A DNA stretch of 64,000 nt from an uncultured Pelagibacteraceae bacterium (GCA_902572475.1 CACGGB010000003.1:10642-74641), one strand, 5' to 3'; shown: positions 8,184 through 17,428, numbered from the stretch's first letter. Notes: generated by a model from the letters alone, not told the origin. Made by a program: numbers and translations.

Positions 8184-9125
8184 ATGAAATATATGAAATA
8201 TCTAGTATCAATAATTACCGCTTTGTCTATTAGTAGTGTCGTATCTGCTAATGAGATCAAAATGGGTAAAGCTGATTGGGACACAGGCTATTTCCAAGCT
8301 GAAATCTACAAGGCAGCTTTAGAGAAGATGGGCTATAAGGTTTCCGGTCCAACTGTAATGAAACCGCAAGTATTTTATGTGGCTGCAACCGCTGGAGATG
8401 TTGACCTTTGGGTTAATGGTTGGTTCGGAACACATGATGGTTATATCGCTGAGTCAAAAGGAAAAGTAAAACCAGTGGGTTATGTAATGAAGGGTGGAGG
8501 AGCCCAAGGATACTTAATCGATAAAAAATCTGCAGATAAATTTGGTATCAAAAGTGTAATGGATATCAAAAAACACGCAAAAGAGTTTGACTCTAATGGC
8601 GATGGAAAAGCAGACATGGTTGCTTGCCCTCCAGGCTGGGGTTGCGAAAAAGTAATCTCAAAACATTTTGAAGAGCTTGGATTAGGTGATTTTATCAATC
8701 CAGTAAAAGCAGACTACTCAGCTTCAATGGCAGATGCAGTGTCTAAATACAAAAATGGAAAATCAATTCTATTTTATACATGGACGCCAAACTGGACTGT
8801 TGGTGCTTTAAAACTTGGTAAAGATGTAGTTTGGATTGAAGTGCCTTACAGTGCGACTAAGCCAACTAAAATCGCAAATGCTACAAAATCTAAAGTTAAT
8901 TTAGGTTTTGGCGCTGATGATATAAGACCTGCAGCTAATGTGGATTTTCTTAAAGCAAATCCAAAAGTAGAAAAGATGTTAAAAAAAGCTTCTATTCCTC
9001 TTGGAGATATTGCTGCTCAGAACTTGAAGATGAACAAGGGTGAGAAAAGCGAAAAAGCTATTAAGAAACATGCAGCTGAATGGATTAAAGCTAATCAAAG
9101 CACATTTGATAGTTGGATCAAGTAA
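8184..9125 (+). CDS. proX: Glycine betaine/proline-family (ProX/OpuAC) ABC substrate-binding protein
   Basis: Signal peptide, QGYLIDKK, FDSNGDGKAD..CPPGWGC and FYTWTPNW, characteristic of ProX. Confidence 0.85.
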   Translation: MKYMKYLVSIITALSISSVVSANEIKMGKADWDTGYFQAEIYKAALEKMGYKVSGPTVMKPQVFYVAATAGDVDLWVNGWFGTHDGYIAESKGKVKPVGYVMKGGGAQGYLIDKKSADKFGIKSVMDIKKHAKEFDSNGDGKADMVACPPGWGCEKVISKHFEELGLGDFINPVKADYSASMADAVSKYKNGKSILFYTWTPNWTVGALKLGKDVVWIEVPYSATKPTKIANATKSKVNLGFGADDIRPAANVDFLKANPKVEKMLKKASIPLGDIAAQNLKMNKGEKSEKAIKKHAAEWIKANQSTFDSWIK

Positions 9126-9143
9126 GGGTTCAGGTTAATTTTA

Positions 9144-9995
9144 ATGAGTTTAAAATTAGCCCCATCAGATTACGAAATATACATTCCATTAGGTGAATGG
9201 ATTGAAGGAAATATTAAAGAGTGGCTATTTGAACAACGGCCACTCTTTAAAAAAATATCAGCCCCAATTGATACTGTTCTAAACAGCCTAGATTCACTTT
9301 TTAACTTTATTCCTTTTCCAATAATACTTTTGATATTTGTAATTTTTGCTTACAGAACAAATGGAATTAAATTCGCAATATTTTCTTTTTTAAGTTTACT
9401 TTTTATTGATCTTGTTGACCTATGGTCAGAAAGCATGACCACGCTTGCAATGATTTTTACTGCTGTTTTATTTTGTATGTTAATAGGAATTCCTCTTGGC
9501 ATCATTGCTTCAAGAAGCAATACTTTTGAAATTATTTTACGCCCAATACTTGATATAATGCAAACAATACCAAGTTTTGTTTATTTAATACCAGTAGTTA
9601 TGCTTTTTGGAGTTGGTTTAACTCCCGGTGTTGTTGCTACAATTATATTTGCTTTACCACCAATTATTCGATTAACGAATTTAGGTATTAGACAAGTTGG
9701 TAAGGGATTTAAAGAAGCTGGATCAAGTTTAGGGTTAACAAAATTTTTAATACTTATTAAAATCGAAATTCCTTTGTCTTTAAAAACTATCATGGCAGGA
9801 GTTAACCAAACATTGATGCTTGCGCTGTCGATGGTAGTTATTGCAGCCCTTATAGGAGCTGGAGGACTGGGCTTAACTGTATATATCGCCCTAGGAAGAC
9901 TTGATGTAGGCTCAGCAGTTATTGGTGGAACTGGAATTGTTATTTTAGCAATTATTTTAGATAGAATTACGCAAAAAATAATTAAATCACACTAA
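9144..9995 (+). CDS. proW: ProW-type ABC permease
   Basis: LDIMQTIPSFVYLIP, PPIIRLTNLGIRQV, EAA loop and IMAGVNQTLMLALSMVV. Confidence 0.9.
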   Translation: MSLKLAPSDYEIYIPLGEWIEGNIKEWLFEQRPLFKKISAPIDTVLNSLDSLFNFIPFPIILLIFVIFAYRTNGIKFAIFSFLSLLFIDLVDLWSESMTTLAMIFTAVLFCMLIGIPLGIIASRSNTFEIILRPILDIMQTIPSFVYLIPVVMLFGVGLTPGVVATIIFALPPIIRLTNLGIRQVGKGFKEAGSSLGLTKFLILIKIEIPLSLKTIMAGVNQTLMLALSMVVIAALIGAGGLGLTVYIALGRLDVGSAVIGGTGIVILAIILDRITQKIIKSH

Positions 9996-10895
9996 AGATT
10001 TTAATTTTTCAATATGTTTTGGAGTAATTTCACAACACCCACCAATAATTTTAGCTCCCTTACTTTTTAATTTTTTACAAATTTCAAGAAACTTTTTAGG
10101 AGTTAGATCTTTTCTTTTCCCAAGCTGAACTTTTGGATTGTTAGAGTCTGGTTTCCAACCTGGTGGAATATGTTCAAAAGCATTTATCTTAAATCCAAAT
10201 GGAACTTTAAGTTTTTTTGCATCTTGCATCACTTCTTTTAGATCTTCAAACGAAACACAAGAGGCCATAATTCCAATGGGTTTATGTTTTTGAACTTTTT
10301 TTGCAACAGTTATAAATTTTTCACCTGAGGGTAACAATCCTTTACTTCTAATGTGGATACCGACCAAGATTTTTTTCTTGTATTCTTTAATTGCACTTAA
10401 ACCCAATGAACACTCTTTCCAACTACTCATTACATCTAAATAAAAGAAATCAACATATGGATTGAGATATTTTGCCTGGGATCTAAAACTTTCTTTTATA
10501 AATTTAAGATCTTTTCCAAGATCAGCAAAATAAGTAAAATTTTGAGGCGGCAGACTTCCAGCAATCAAAATTTTTTTTTTAGACAATGCTACGGCTTTTT
10601 TTGCAAGTTTTCCTGCCAGAACGTTCAGATTTTTATATTCTTTTACTAAACCATTTTCGATAAGCCTTCTTTTTCTACTACCGAAACTATTAGTTACAAT
10701 AATTTCTGCTCCAGCTTTTATAAAATCTAAATGAGTTTTGACGACTGTCTTATGATATTTTCGATTATATAATGCTGAGGCTCCCCACAAAGTTCCGTGA
10801 GGTTTTACTCCACGGTTCAGGAGTTCTTGGCCCATGCCCCCATCTAAAATTCTTGTTTGTTGAAAAAAATTATTATCCAGAAACTTCAATTCCAA
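9987..10895 (-). CDS. Homocysteine S-methyltransferase family protein (MmuM/BHMT-like)
   Basis: ILDGGMG, H.DFI.AGA, AGSLPP and IIGGCC..TP.HI zinc motif. Start codon is uncertain (TTG). Confidence 0.88.
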   Translation of the reverse strand: MELKFLDNNFFQQTRILDGGMGQELLNRGVKPHGTLWGASALYNRKYHKTVVKTHLDFIKAGAEIIVTNSFGSRKRRLIENGLVKEYKNLNVLAGKLAKKAVALSKKKILIAGSLPPQNFTYFADLGKDLKFIKESFRSQAKYLNPYVDFFYLDVMSSWKECSLGLSAIKEYKKKILVGIHIRSKGLLPSGEKFITVAKKVQKHKPIGIMASCVSFEDLKEVMQDAKKLKVPFGFKINAFEHIPPGWKPDSNNPKVQLGKRKDLTPKKFLEICKKLKSKGAKIIGGCCEITPKHIEKLKSLV

Positions 10896-11058
10896 AAAAG
10901 CTAGATATTAAAACAATGATTGCAAAAATAGCGAACCACATAAACCACTGAGATGCTACTTTGACCAATGAACCTTTATCAATACCTTTCCAAGGCATGA
11001 ACGTGTATGTAGCCAGCGTAACTAAAATTAAAAATAAAAGTAAATTTGTTAAAGTCAT
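10873..11058 (-). CDS. Small two-TM membrane protein of unknown function
   Basis: 61 aa with two hydrophobic segments. ATG immediately follows the prpC stop and the ORF fills the gap exactly. Confidence 0.7.
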   Translation of the reverse strand: MTLTNLLLFLILVTLATYTFMPWKGIDKGSLVKVASQWFMWFAIFAIIVLISSFFGIEVSG

Positions 11059-12183
11059 CTATCTTTGGTTTAATAACATTACTTCTCTTACCTCAGCACC
11101 CCTATATTTAGACAATGGTCTTATTAGTTTGTTTGAGGCGTGTTGTTCCATGATGTGAGCAGACCAACCAGTAATACGAGACATTACAAATATTGGTGTA
11201 TAGAAATCTATATCGATACCCATCATGTAATAAGTTGGACCACATGGAAAATCTACATTTGGATGGATATTTTTTCTTTGTAACATTACTTTTTCTAAAA
11301 TTTCATACATTCTCGTATATTTTTCTTTTTTTAAAAGCTTAGCAACTTTAAACATATAGTGTTTCATTGTTGGAACTCTCGAGTCTCCTGTACGGTAAAC
11401 TCTATGTCCAAATCCCATTACTACCTTTTTTTTATTTAATGCATTTTCAATCCAAGCTTTCGCTTTTTCAGGTTTTCCAATCTCTTTCATCATATGCATT
11501 ACTGCTTCATTAGCTCCACCATGTAATGGACCCTTTAAAGAGGCTATAGCTCCAGTTATTGCACCATGTAAATCAGATAAGCTGGATGTAATTGTTCTAG
11601 CTGTGAATGTCGAAACGTTGAAACTGTGTTCAGCGTATAAAATTAATGAAATATCAAATGCTCTTACAATTTCTTTATCTGGAACTTTATTAAACATCAT
11701 TTTAAAGAAATTTTCTGAAAAAGATAATTTTTTACTTGGAGCTATTATAGACTTTCCTTTTCGTGTTCTAAAATAAGCAGCAACAGCTGTAGGTGTTTTA
11801 GCAAATATTCTCATTGCTTTTCTCATATTAGCTTTTGGAGAATTGTCTTTTGTGTCCTTATCTTCTAATGCCATTAAACTTACACAAGTTCTAATTACGT
11901 CCATAGGATGAGCGTTACGAGGCATTTTTTTAATGTCATTTAATATTTGTTTAGAAAGTTTTCTTTCTGATCTTTCTTGTTTGATAAATTTTTTTAGCTG
12001 ACTTTTGTTGGGAAGCTCTCCATTCAGAACTAAATAGGCAACTTCTTCGAAATCACATTTATCGCAAAGCTCTTGTACTGTGTATCCTCTATAAGTTAAG
12101 GCACTGAGTTCAGGAACTACATGCGAAATTGTAGTTTCATCAACAACTATGCCCAGCAAACCTTTTTTAATTTCTTCACTCAT
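11059..12183 (-). CDS. prpC: 2-methylcitrate synthase
   Basis: Citrate-synthase motifs YAEHSFNVSTF, GPLHGGANE, MGFGHRVY and PNVDF. Coupled to prpB. Confidence 0.9.
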   Translation of the reverse strand: MSEEIKKGLLGIVVDETTISHVVPELSALTYRGYTVQELCDKCDFEEVAYLVLNGELPNKSQLKKFIKQERSERKLSKQILNDIKKMPRNAHPMDVIRTCVSLMALEDKDTKDNSPKANMRKAMRIFAKTPTAVAAYFRTRKGKSIIAPSKKLSFSENFFKMMFNKVPDKEIVRAFDISLILYAEHSFNVSTFTARTITSSLSDLHGAITGAIASLKGPLHGGANEAVMHMMKEIGKPEKAKAWIENALNKKKVVMGFGHRVYRTGDSRVPTMKHYMFKVAKLLKKEKYTRMYEILEKVMLQRKNIHPNVDFPCGPTYYMMGIDIDFYTPIFVMSRITGWSAHIMEQHASNKLIRPLSKYRGAEVREVMLLNQR

Positions 12184-13079
12184 TATTCATGTCCTTCTGT
12201 AGAAAAATCTGTAATTTTCTTATCAGGCGTATTGTATTTCTCATATTCTACTAACTCGTACAACCTTTTTCTAGTCTGCATTTTGTCAATGATATTATTT
12301 TGGTGGCCCTCTTTAAATATTGATTTAAGACCTAATTCAACATTCTGCATAGCGAGCCTCTGTGTAGTCACAGGATAAATAACTAAATTATAGCCTAAAT
12401 TTTCTAATTGTGATCTATTTAATAATTTGGATTTTCCAAACTCTGTCATGTTAGCTAATAAATAACCTTTTGATACTTTTCTGACTTTTTCAAACTCTTT
12501 TTCATCTTTCATTGCTTCCGGAAAAATCATATCAGCACCAGCATCTTCATATGATTTTATTCTTTCCAACGTTTTATCTATACCTTCTACAGTATTTGCA
12601 TCAGTCCTTACTATAATTAAAAAATTTTTATCTTTTCTGGCATTTACTGATTCTTTAATCTTTTTTACCATCTCTTCTTTTGAAATAAGTTCTTTGTTGT
12701 CTAAATGCCCACATCTTTTTTCAGCTATTTGATCTTCTATATGACAGCCAGCTAAACCTTTTTCCTCAAAGGTTATTATTGTTTTTTTACAATCTTTAAA
12801 TCCTGTATCTGCATCTACAATTGTTGGAAGGTCTGTAACTCTCGAAATTTGGTTAGCTCTGTAACTTACTTGATCTAACGTCGTTAATCCTATGTCTGGT
12901 AATCCTAGATCATTAGACATAACACCGCCTGAGATGTAAACTCCATCAAATCCAATTTCAGCAATAAGTTTTGCGCACAACGGATTATACGCACCAGGGA
13001 ATCTAAGAAGCTTTTTTGATTGTAAACTTTTTACAAATTCTAATCTTTTCTCAGAACTATTCTTTTTTGTAAAATGCAT
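12183..13079 (-). CDS. prpB: 2-methylisocitrate lyase
   Basis: PGAYN, GLPDIG, VDADTG, IEDQ..KRCGH and LANMTEFGK. Confidence 0.93.
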   Translation of the reverse strand: MHFTKKNSSEKRLEFVKSLQSKKLLRFPGAYNPLCAKLIAEIGFDGVYISGGVMSNDLGLPDIGLTTLDQVSYRANQISRVTDLPTIVDADTGFKDCKKTIITFEEKGLAGCHIEDQIAEKRCGHLDNKELISKEEMVKKIKESVNARKDKNFLIIVRTDANTVEGIDKTLERIKSYEDAGADMIFPEAMKDEKEFEKVRKVSKGYLLANMTEFGKSKLLNRSQLENLGYNLVIYPVTTQRLAMQNVELGLKSIFKEGHQNNIIDKMQTRKRLYELVEYEKYNTPDKKITDFSTEGHE

Positions 13080-13122
13080 CTGCAAAGTTTATATTAAAGA
13101 GAGTTATAAAAATCAAAGGCTA

Positions 13123-13722
13123 TTATTTAATAAGAATAAATATACCGGTTAATACTAGTAAAAGAGCTAAAACATATTCTATAATTTTTTTTGTTTTAAT
13201 ATTTCCTACGAATTTTCTTAAACCACTTCCAAAAAGCGCCCAAAGACTAATCGTAGGAAAACATATTACTGCAGCAGTAATAGTAACAAATGCAACACCT
13301 ATAAAAATATTTTCCTCAGTTGGAAAAAAACCTGAAGCAACAGTGATTGCAATAGACCAAGCTTTTGGATTAATGAATTGGAATAAAGATGCCTCGTAAA
13401 ATCTTAATGGTCTTCCAGTTTCTTTTTGAACCATAGAAAAAGAACCAATCATTTTCCATCCTAAGTAAAGTAAATAAATAAAGCATAATATTTTCATATA
13501 AAATTGAATCTGAGGATATATTAAAAATAAATTTGCTAAACCAAAACAGGTAAGCCCGATTTGAAAAATATGCCCTAAAGGAATTCCAATTAAATGTGGC
13601 AACGTTCTCACGAATCCGAATTTCATGCCTGATGCTGTAAGCATTGCATTATTTGGACCTGGTGTAAAAAACATTGTAAAATAAAAAGTTGCTAAAGCTG
13701 AAAAGAGAGCAAAACTAATCAT
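13123..13722 (-). CDS. LysE/RhtB family translocator
   Basis: TPGPNN, YLLYLGWK and FQFINPKAW. Confidence 0.9.
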   Translation of the reverse strand: MISFALFSALATFYFTMFFTPGPNNAMLTASGMKFGFVRTLPHLIGIPLGHIFQIGLTCFGLANLFLIYPQIQFYMKILCFIYLLYLGWKMIGSFSMVQKETGRPLRFYEASLFQFINPKAWSIAITVASGFFPTEENIFIGVAFVTITAAVICFPTISLWALFGSGLRKFVGNIKTKKIIEYVLALLLVLTGIFILIK

Positions 13723-14381
13723 AAATATTTTTCAACAATTTTTGCAAAATTCACAAAGTCGGAAATTAGTTCATCGTGTTTAATTTCTTTTTCAGTTTTT
13801 TCAGTATATCCATCTTTCACTAAAACAAATGGTACTTTAGCGTTATACGCAGACATAGCATCTACTTCGCTATCTCCAATCATCATTGTTTTTTTTAAAT
13901 CACCACCAATTATTTCAACAACATCCGTAAGGTGCCTTGGGTCGGGTTTGTTAAATGCAAAAGTATCCGAGCCAGCTACATATTCAAAAAATTTAAACAA
14001 ATCTAATTTCTTTAATAGGTCTATCGCAAGCCTTTCTTGTTTATTTGTACAAACGGCCATTGAAATATTTTTATTTTTTGCCCAATTAAAAAAATCAATT
14101 GCACCTTTTATTGGTTCACTATTTTTATCAATATTTTTTGAATAAAAATCTATAAATTCTTTTGTCATTTCTTTTTTTGTTTTTTCATCTTTTATTTCCT
14201 CTTTAAAAGATCTCTGCATCATTACCCACGCACCTTTTCCGGCAAGTGACTTAATATCCTCAAGTTTTTTTTCCGAATGACCAAACTTCCTCATCACATG
14301 GTTATGAGCAGCCATTAAATCTGGCGCGGTATTTACTATAGTTCCGTCTAGATCAAAAAGAATAGTGTAAATTTGATTCAT
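13719..14381 (-). CDS. gph: Phosphoglycolate phosphatase (HAD family)
   Basis: FDLDGT, CTNK, KPDP and IGDS. Divergent from glmU as in other alphaproteobacteria. Confidence 0.88.
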   Translation of the reverse strand: MNQIYTILFDLDGTIVNTAPDLMAAHNHVMRKFGHSEKKLEDIKSLAGKGAWVMMQRSFKEEIKDEKTKKEMTKEFIDFYSKNIDKNSEPIKGAIDFFNWAKNKNISMAVCTNKQERLAIDLLKKLDLFKFFEYVAGSDTFAFNKPDPRHLTDVVEIIGGDLKKTMMIGDSEVDAMSAYNAKVPFVLVKDGYTEKTEKEIKHDELISDFVNFAKIVEKYL

Positions 14382-14450
14382 TTTTAAAGTATTAAAAAGA
14401 AATATTTTGTGACTTATTTCAGTTACATTAATAATGTAAAGAAATTTTTA

Positions 14451-15095
14451 ATGAATACAAATAATAAATTAAATAAAGCTAATTCTTATAGGCTTTCACA
14501 AGAATTATTAAGAAATAAAGCTTTGAAGAAAGGTGTAAATTTAATTGCACCAGAAACAATATTTTTATCAAAAGATACTTTATTTGGAAAAAACGTAACT
14601 ATCGATCCTTATGTTGTAATCGGTCCAAGTGTTAAAATTGGCGACAATTCTCATATCAAATCTTTTAGTCATCTTGAGGGAACCAAAATCGAAAAAAATG
14701 TTACTGTTGGTCCTTACGCAAGGTTAAGAGAAGGAACTGTTTTGAAAAAAAATACCAAAATTGGAAATTTTGTAGAAACAAAAAAATCCTCAATAAACCA
14801 AAATTCAAAAGTAAGTCACCTTTCGTATATTGGAGATACTTCAATTGGAAAAAATTCAAACATTGGTGCAGGCACAATTACTTGTAATTATGATGGTTTT
14901 AAAAAATCCAGAACAAAAATATCAGATAATGTTTTTATAGGCTCTAACTCTTCATTAGTTGCGCCGGTTGCTGTAAATAAAAATAGTGTTGTAGGAGCAG
15001 GCTCAGTAATAACGAAAAATGTGAAAAAAAAGTCATTAGCGCTTACAAGAGCATTACAAATTGAAATTAAAAACTACAAAAGGAAAAAAAAATAA
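14451..15095 (+). CDS. glmU: GlmU C-terminal acetyltransferase (left-handed beta-helix) domain only
   Basis: VGPYARLR, IGNFVETK, HLSYIGD, NIGAGTITCNYDG and FIGSNSSLVAPV. No N-terminal uridyltransferase domain. Confidence 0.88.
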   Translation: MNTNNKLNKANSYRLSQELLRNKALKKGVNLIAPETIFLSKDTLFGKNVTIDPYVVIGPSVKIGDNSHIKSFSHLEGTKIEKNVTVGPYARLREGTVLKKNTKIGNFVETKKSSINQNSKVSHLSYIGDTSIGKNSNIGAGTITCNYDGFKKSRTKISDNVFIGSNSSLVAPVAVNKNSVVGAGSVITKNVKKKSLALTRALQIEIKNYKRKKK

Positions 15096-16912
15096 TGTGT
15101 GGAATTATTGGGATTGCAAGCAATAAACCCGTTTCAATTAATATTATCAATTCTCTAAAAAAGTTAGAATATAGAGGATATGACTCTGCAGGATTAGCAA
15201 CCCTAGATAATAACTTAATAGATGAAAAAAAATGCTCTGGAAGGGTTGATGAACTTGAGAAAATTTTATTTAAGAATCCTTCAAACGGAAATATTGGAAT
15301 AGGTCACGTAAGATGGGCTACTCATGGAGTTCCTAATATTATTAATGCTCATCCTCATTCATCAGAAGAAGTTTCCGTAGTTCATAATGGAATAATTGAA
15401 AATTCAGATGAATTAAAGAAAGATTTAGAAGCTCAAGGTTTTAAGTTTAAATCACAAACTGATACTGAAGTTATTACTGTTCTTGTAACCCAGTTTTTAA
15501 AAAATTCAAAACCTTTAGTATCAGTGTTTAAAACATTAAAAAAATTAAAAGGTAGCTTTGCATTAGGCATTATTTTTAAAAACTTTTCAAATATCATTAT
15601 TGGAGCAAGGAGAGGAAGCCCTCTAGCCGTTGGTTATTCTAAAGAAGAAAATTATTTAGGTTCAGATTCTTATGCTTTAAAATCTATGACAAATAAAATT
15701 TCTTATTTAGATGATGGTGAATTATGTATCTTGGATAAAGATAATGTTGAGTTTTATGATGTAAATCAAAAAAAAATAAATAAAAAAATTCATACCGTTT
15801 CAGACGATGAAAACATTTCTGATAAAGGAGACTATAAAAACTTTATGTCCAAAGAAATTTTTGAACAGCCTACAACAATTAAAAAATGTTTAAATGAATA
15901 TACTGATAGTTTGAAAAAAGATATTAATATTTATAACTTTCCAATTGATCCTAAAAAGTTGAATAAAATAGTTCTTATAGGATGCGGTACAGCTTACCAT
16001 TCATGTTTAGTTGCAAGATATTGGTTTGAAGAGCTAACCTCTTTAGATGTTGAAATCGATATAGCTTCAGAATTTAGATATAGAAATTTAAAATTTAATT
16101 CTAACAATCTATATATTTTTGTTTCACAATCTGGTGAAACTGCTGACACAGCAGCCGCATTAGACATATGTAAAAAAAATAAAGTAAAAACTTGCTCAAT
16201 TGTTAATGTTGTAGAAAGTACAATTGCAAGAAATTGTGACTGGGTGCTACCAATTCATGCTGGTCCAGAAATAGGTGTGGCTTCCACAAAAGCTTTTCTT
16301 GGACAATTAATAGTCTTATATATTCTCGCATTAAAGTTTGCTATTACCAGAGAAGATATCAATAAAATAGATTACAATAATAATATAAAGAATTTACAAA
16401 AACTTCCAGAAGCCATTAAGAATACTTTAAAACTTGAGACCGAAATTCAATTAATGGCTAAAGAATTTTTAGACGCTAAGGGATCAATGTTTTTAGGAAG
16501 AGGGAATTCTTTTCCCGTCGCTCTTGAAGGTGCTCTTAAATTAAAAGAACTTTCCTATTTACACGCTGAGGGGTACCCAGCAGGTGAAATGAAACATGGA
16601 CCTTTAGCTTTAATTGAGGAAGGTTTACCTGTAATAGTGATAGCACCAAACGATAGATATTATGAGAAAACTTTATCAAACACTCAAGAAGTTATAGCAA
16701 GGGGAGGAAAGATTTTTTTTATTACTGATAATAAAAAAAGATTATTAAGTACAAATATTAGATTTAGGCTGAGAGTACCTCGCGTAGATAATTTGTTATC
16801 ACCTCTATTACTAACAATTCCGTTACAACTATTAGCTTATCACGTAGCACTGTTAAAAAATTGTGATATTGATAAACCTAGAAATTTAGCTAAATCAGTT
16901 ACAGTAGAGTAA
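15095..16912 (+). CDS. glmS: Glutamine--fructose-6-phosphate transaminase
   Basis: MCGIIG, LEYRGYDSAG, SQSGETADT and PRNLAKSVTVE. Confidence 0.98.
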   Translation: MCGIIGIASNKPVSINIINSLKKLEYRGYDSAGLATLDNNLIDEKKCSGRVDELEKILFKNPSNGNIGIGHVRWATHGVPNIINAHPHSSEEVSVVHNGIIENSDELKKDLEAQGFKFKSQTDTEVITVLVTQFLKNSKPLVSVFKTLKKLKGSFALGIIFKNFSNIIIGARRGSPLAVGYSKEENYLGSDSYALKSMTNKISYLDDGELCILDKDNVEFYDVNQKKINKKIHTVSDDENISDKGDYKNFMSKEIFEQPTTIKKCLNEYTDSLKKDINIYNFPIDPKKLNKIVLIGCGTAYHSCLVARYWFEELTSLDVEIDIASEFRYRNLKFNSNNLYIFVSQSGETADTAAALDICKKNKVKTCSIVNVVESTIARNCDWVLPIHAGPEIGVASTKAFLGQLIVLYILALKFAITREDINKIDYNNNIKNLQKLPEAIKNTLKLETEIQLMAKEFLDAKGSMFLGRGNSFPVALEGALKLKELSYLHAEGYPAGEMKHGPLALIEEGLPVIVIAPNDRYYEKTLSNTQEVIARGGKIFFITDNKKRLLSTNIRFRLRVPRVDNLLSPLLLTIPLQLLAYHVALLKNCDIDKPRNLAKSVTVE

Positions 16913-16932
16913 AATAGAATTATAAAAAATAA

Positions 16933-17346
16933 ATGATTAAAAAATATAAGGCAATGGTATTATCTTGTATAGATCCTAGATTTCAGTCAATAGTTTATAA
17001 TTATTTAAAAAAAAAGAAGTTAAATGGAAAATATAGCTCTTTTACAATAGCGGGATCAGCTATTGGTGTTACTGCTCCAAAGTTTAGAAAATGGCATAAA
17101 ACATTTTGGGATAATCTTGAAACTTCAATAAAGCTACATAAAATTAAAAAATTAATAGTTATCAACCATCGTGATTGTGGTGCTGCAAAAATTGTAAACG
17201 GAAAAAAAACTTTTGATAATTTTCATGAAACTAAAATTCATAAAAGTTCTTTCACTAAAATAAAAAAAAGATTTAAAAACAAATATCCAAATTTAAATAT
17301 TGAAACTATTCTGATCAGTTTAAACAAAACAGTTGAAAAATTTTGA
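16933..17346 (+). CDS. Small beta-carbonic anhydrase-like protein
   Basis: CxDxR (SCIDPRF) and HxxC (HRDCG) metal-binding motifs. Confidence 0.75.
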   Translation: MIKKYKAMVLSCIDPRFQSIVYNYLKKKKLNGKYSSFTIAGSAIGVTAPKFRKWHKTFWDNLETSIKLHKIKKLIVINHRDCGAAKIVNGKKTFDNFHETKIHKSSFTKIKKRFKNKYPNLNIETILISLNKTVEKF

Positions 17347-17428
17347 TAAATTACACTTTTTAGACTAATTATTTAAATTCTTACTTGGAAAAACTGCTAT
17401 AGCGATATATATATACCATCAGTTGTAT

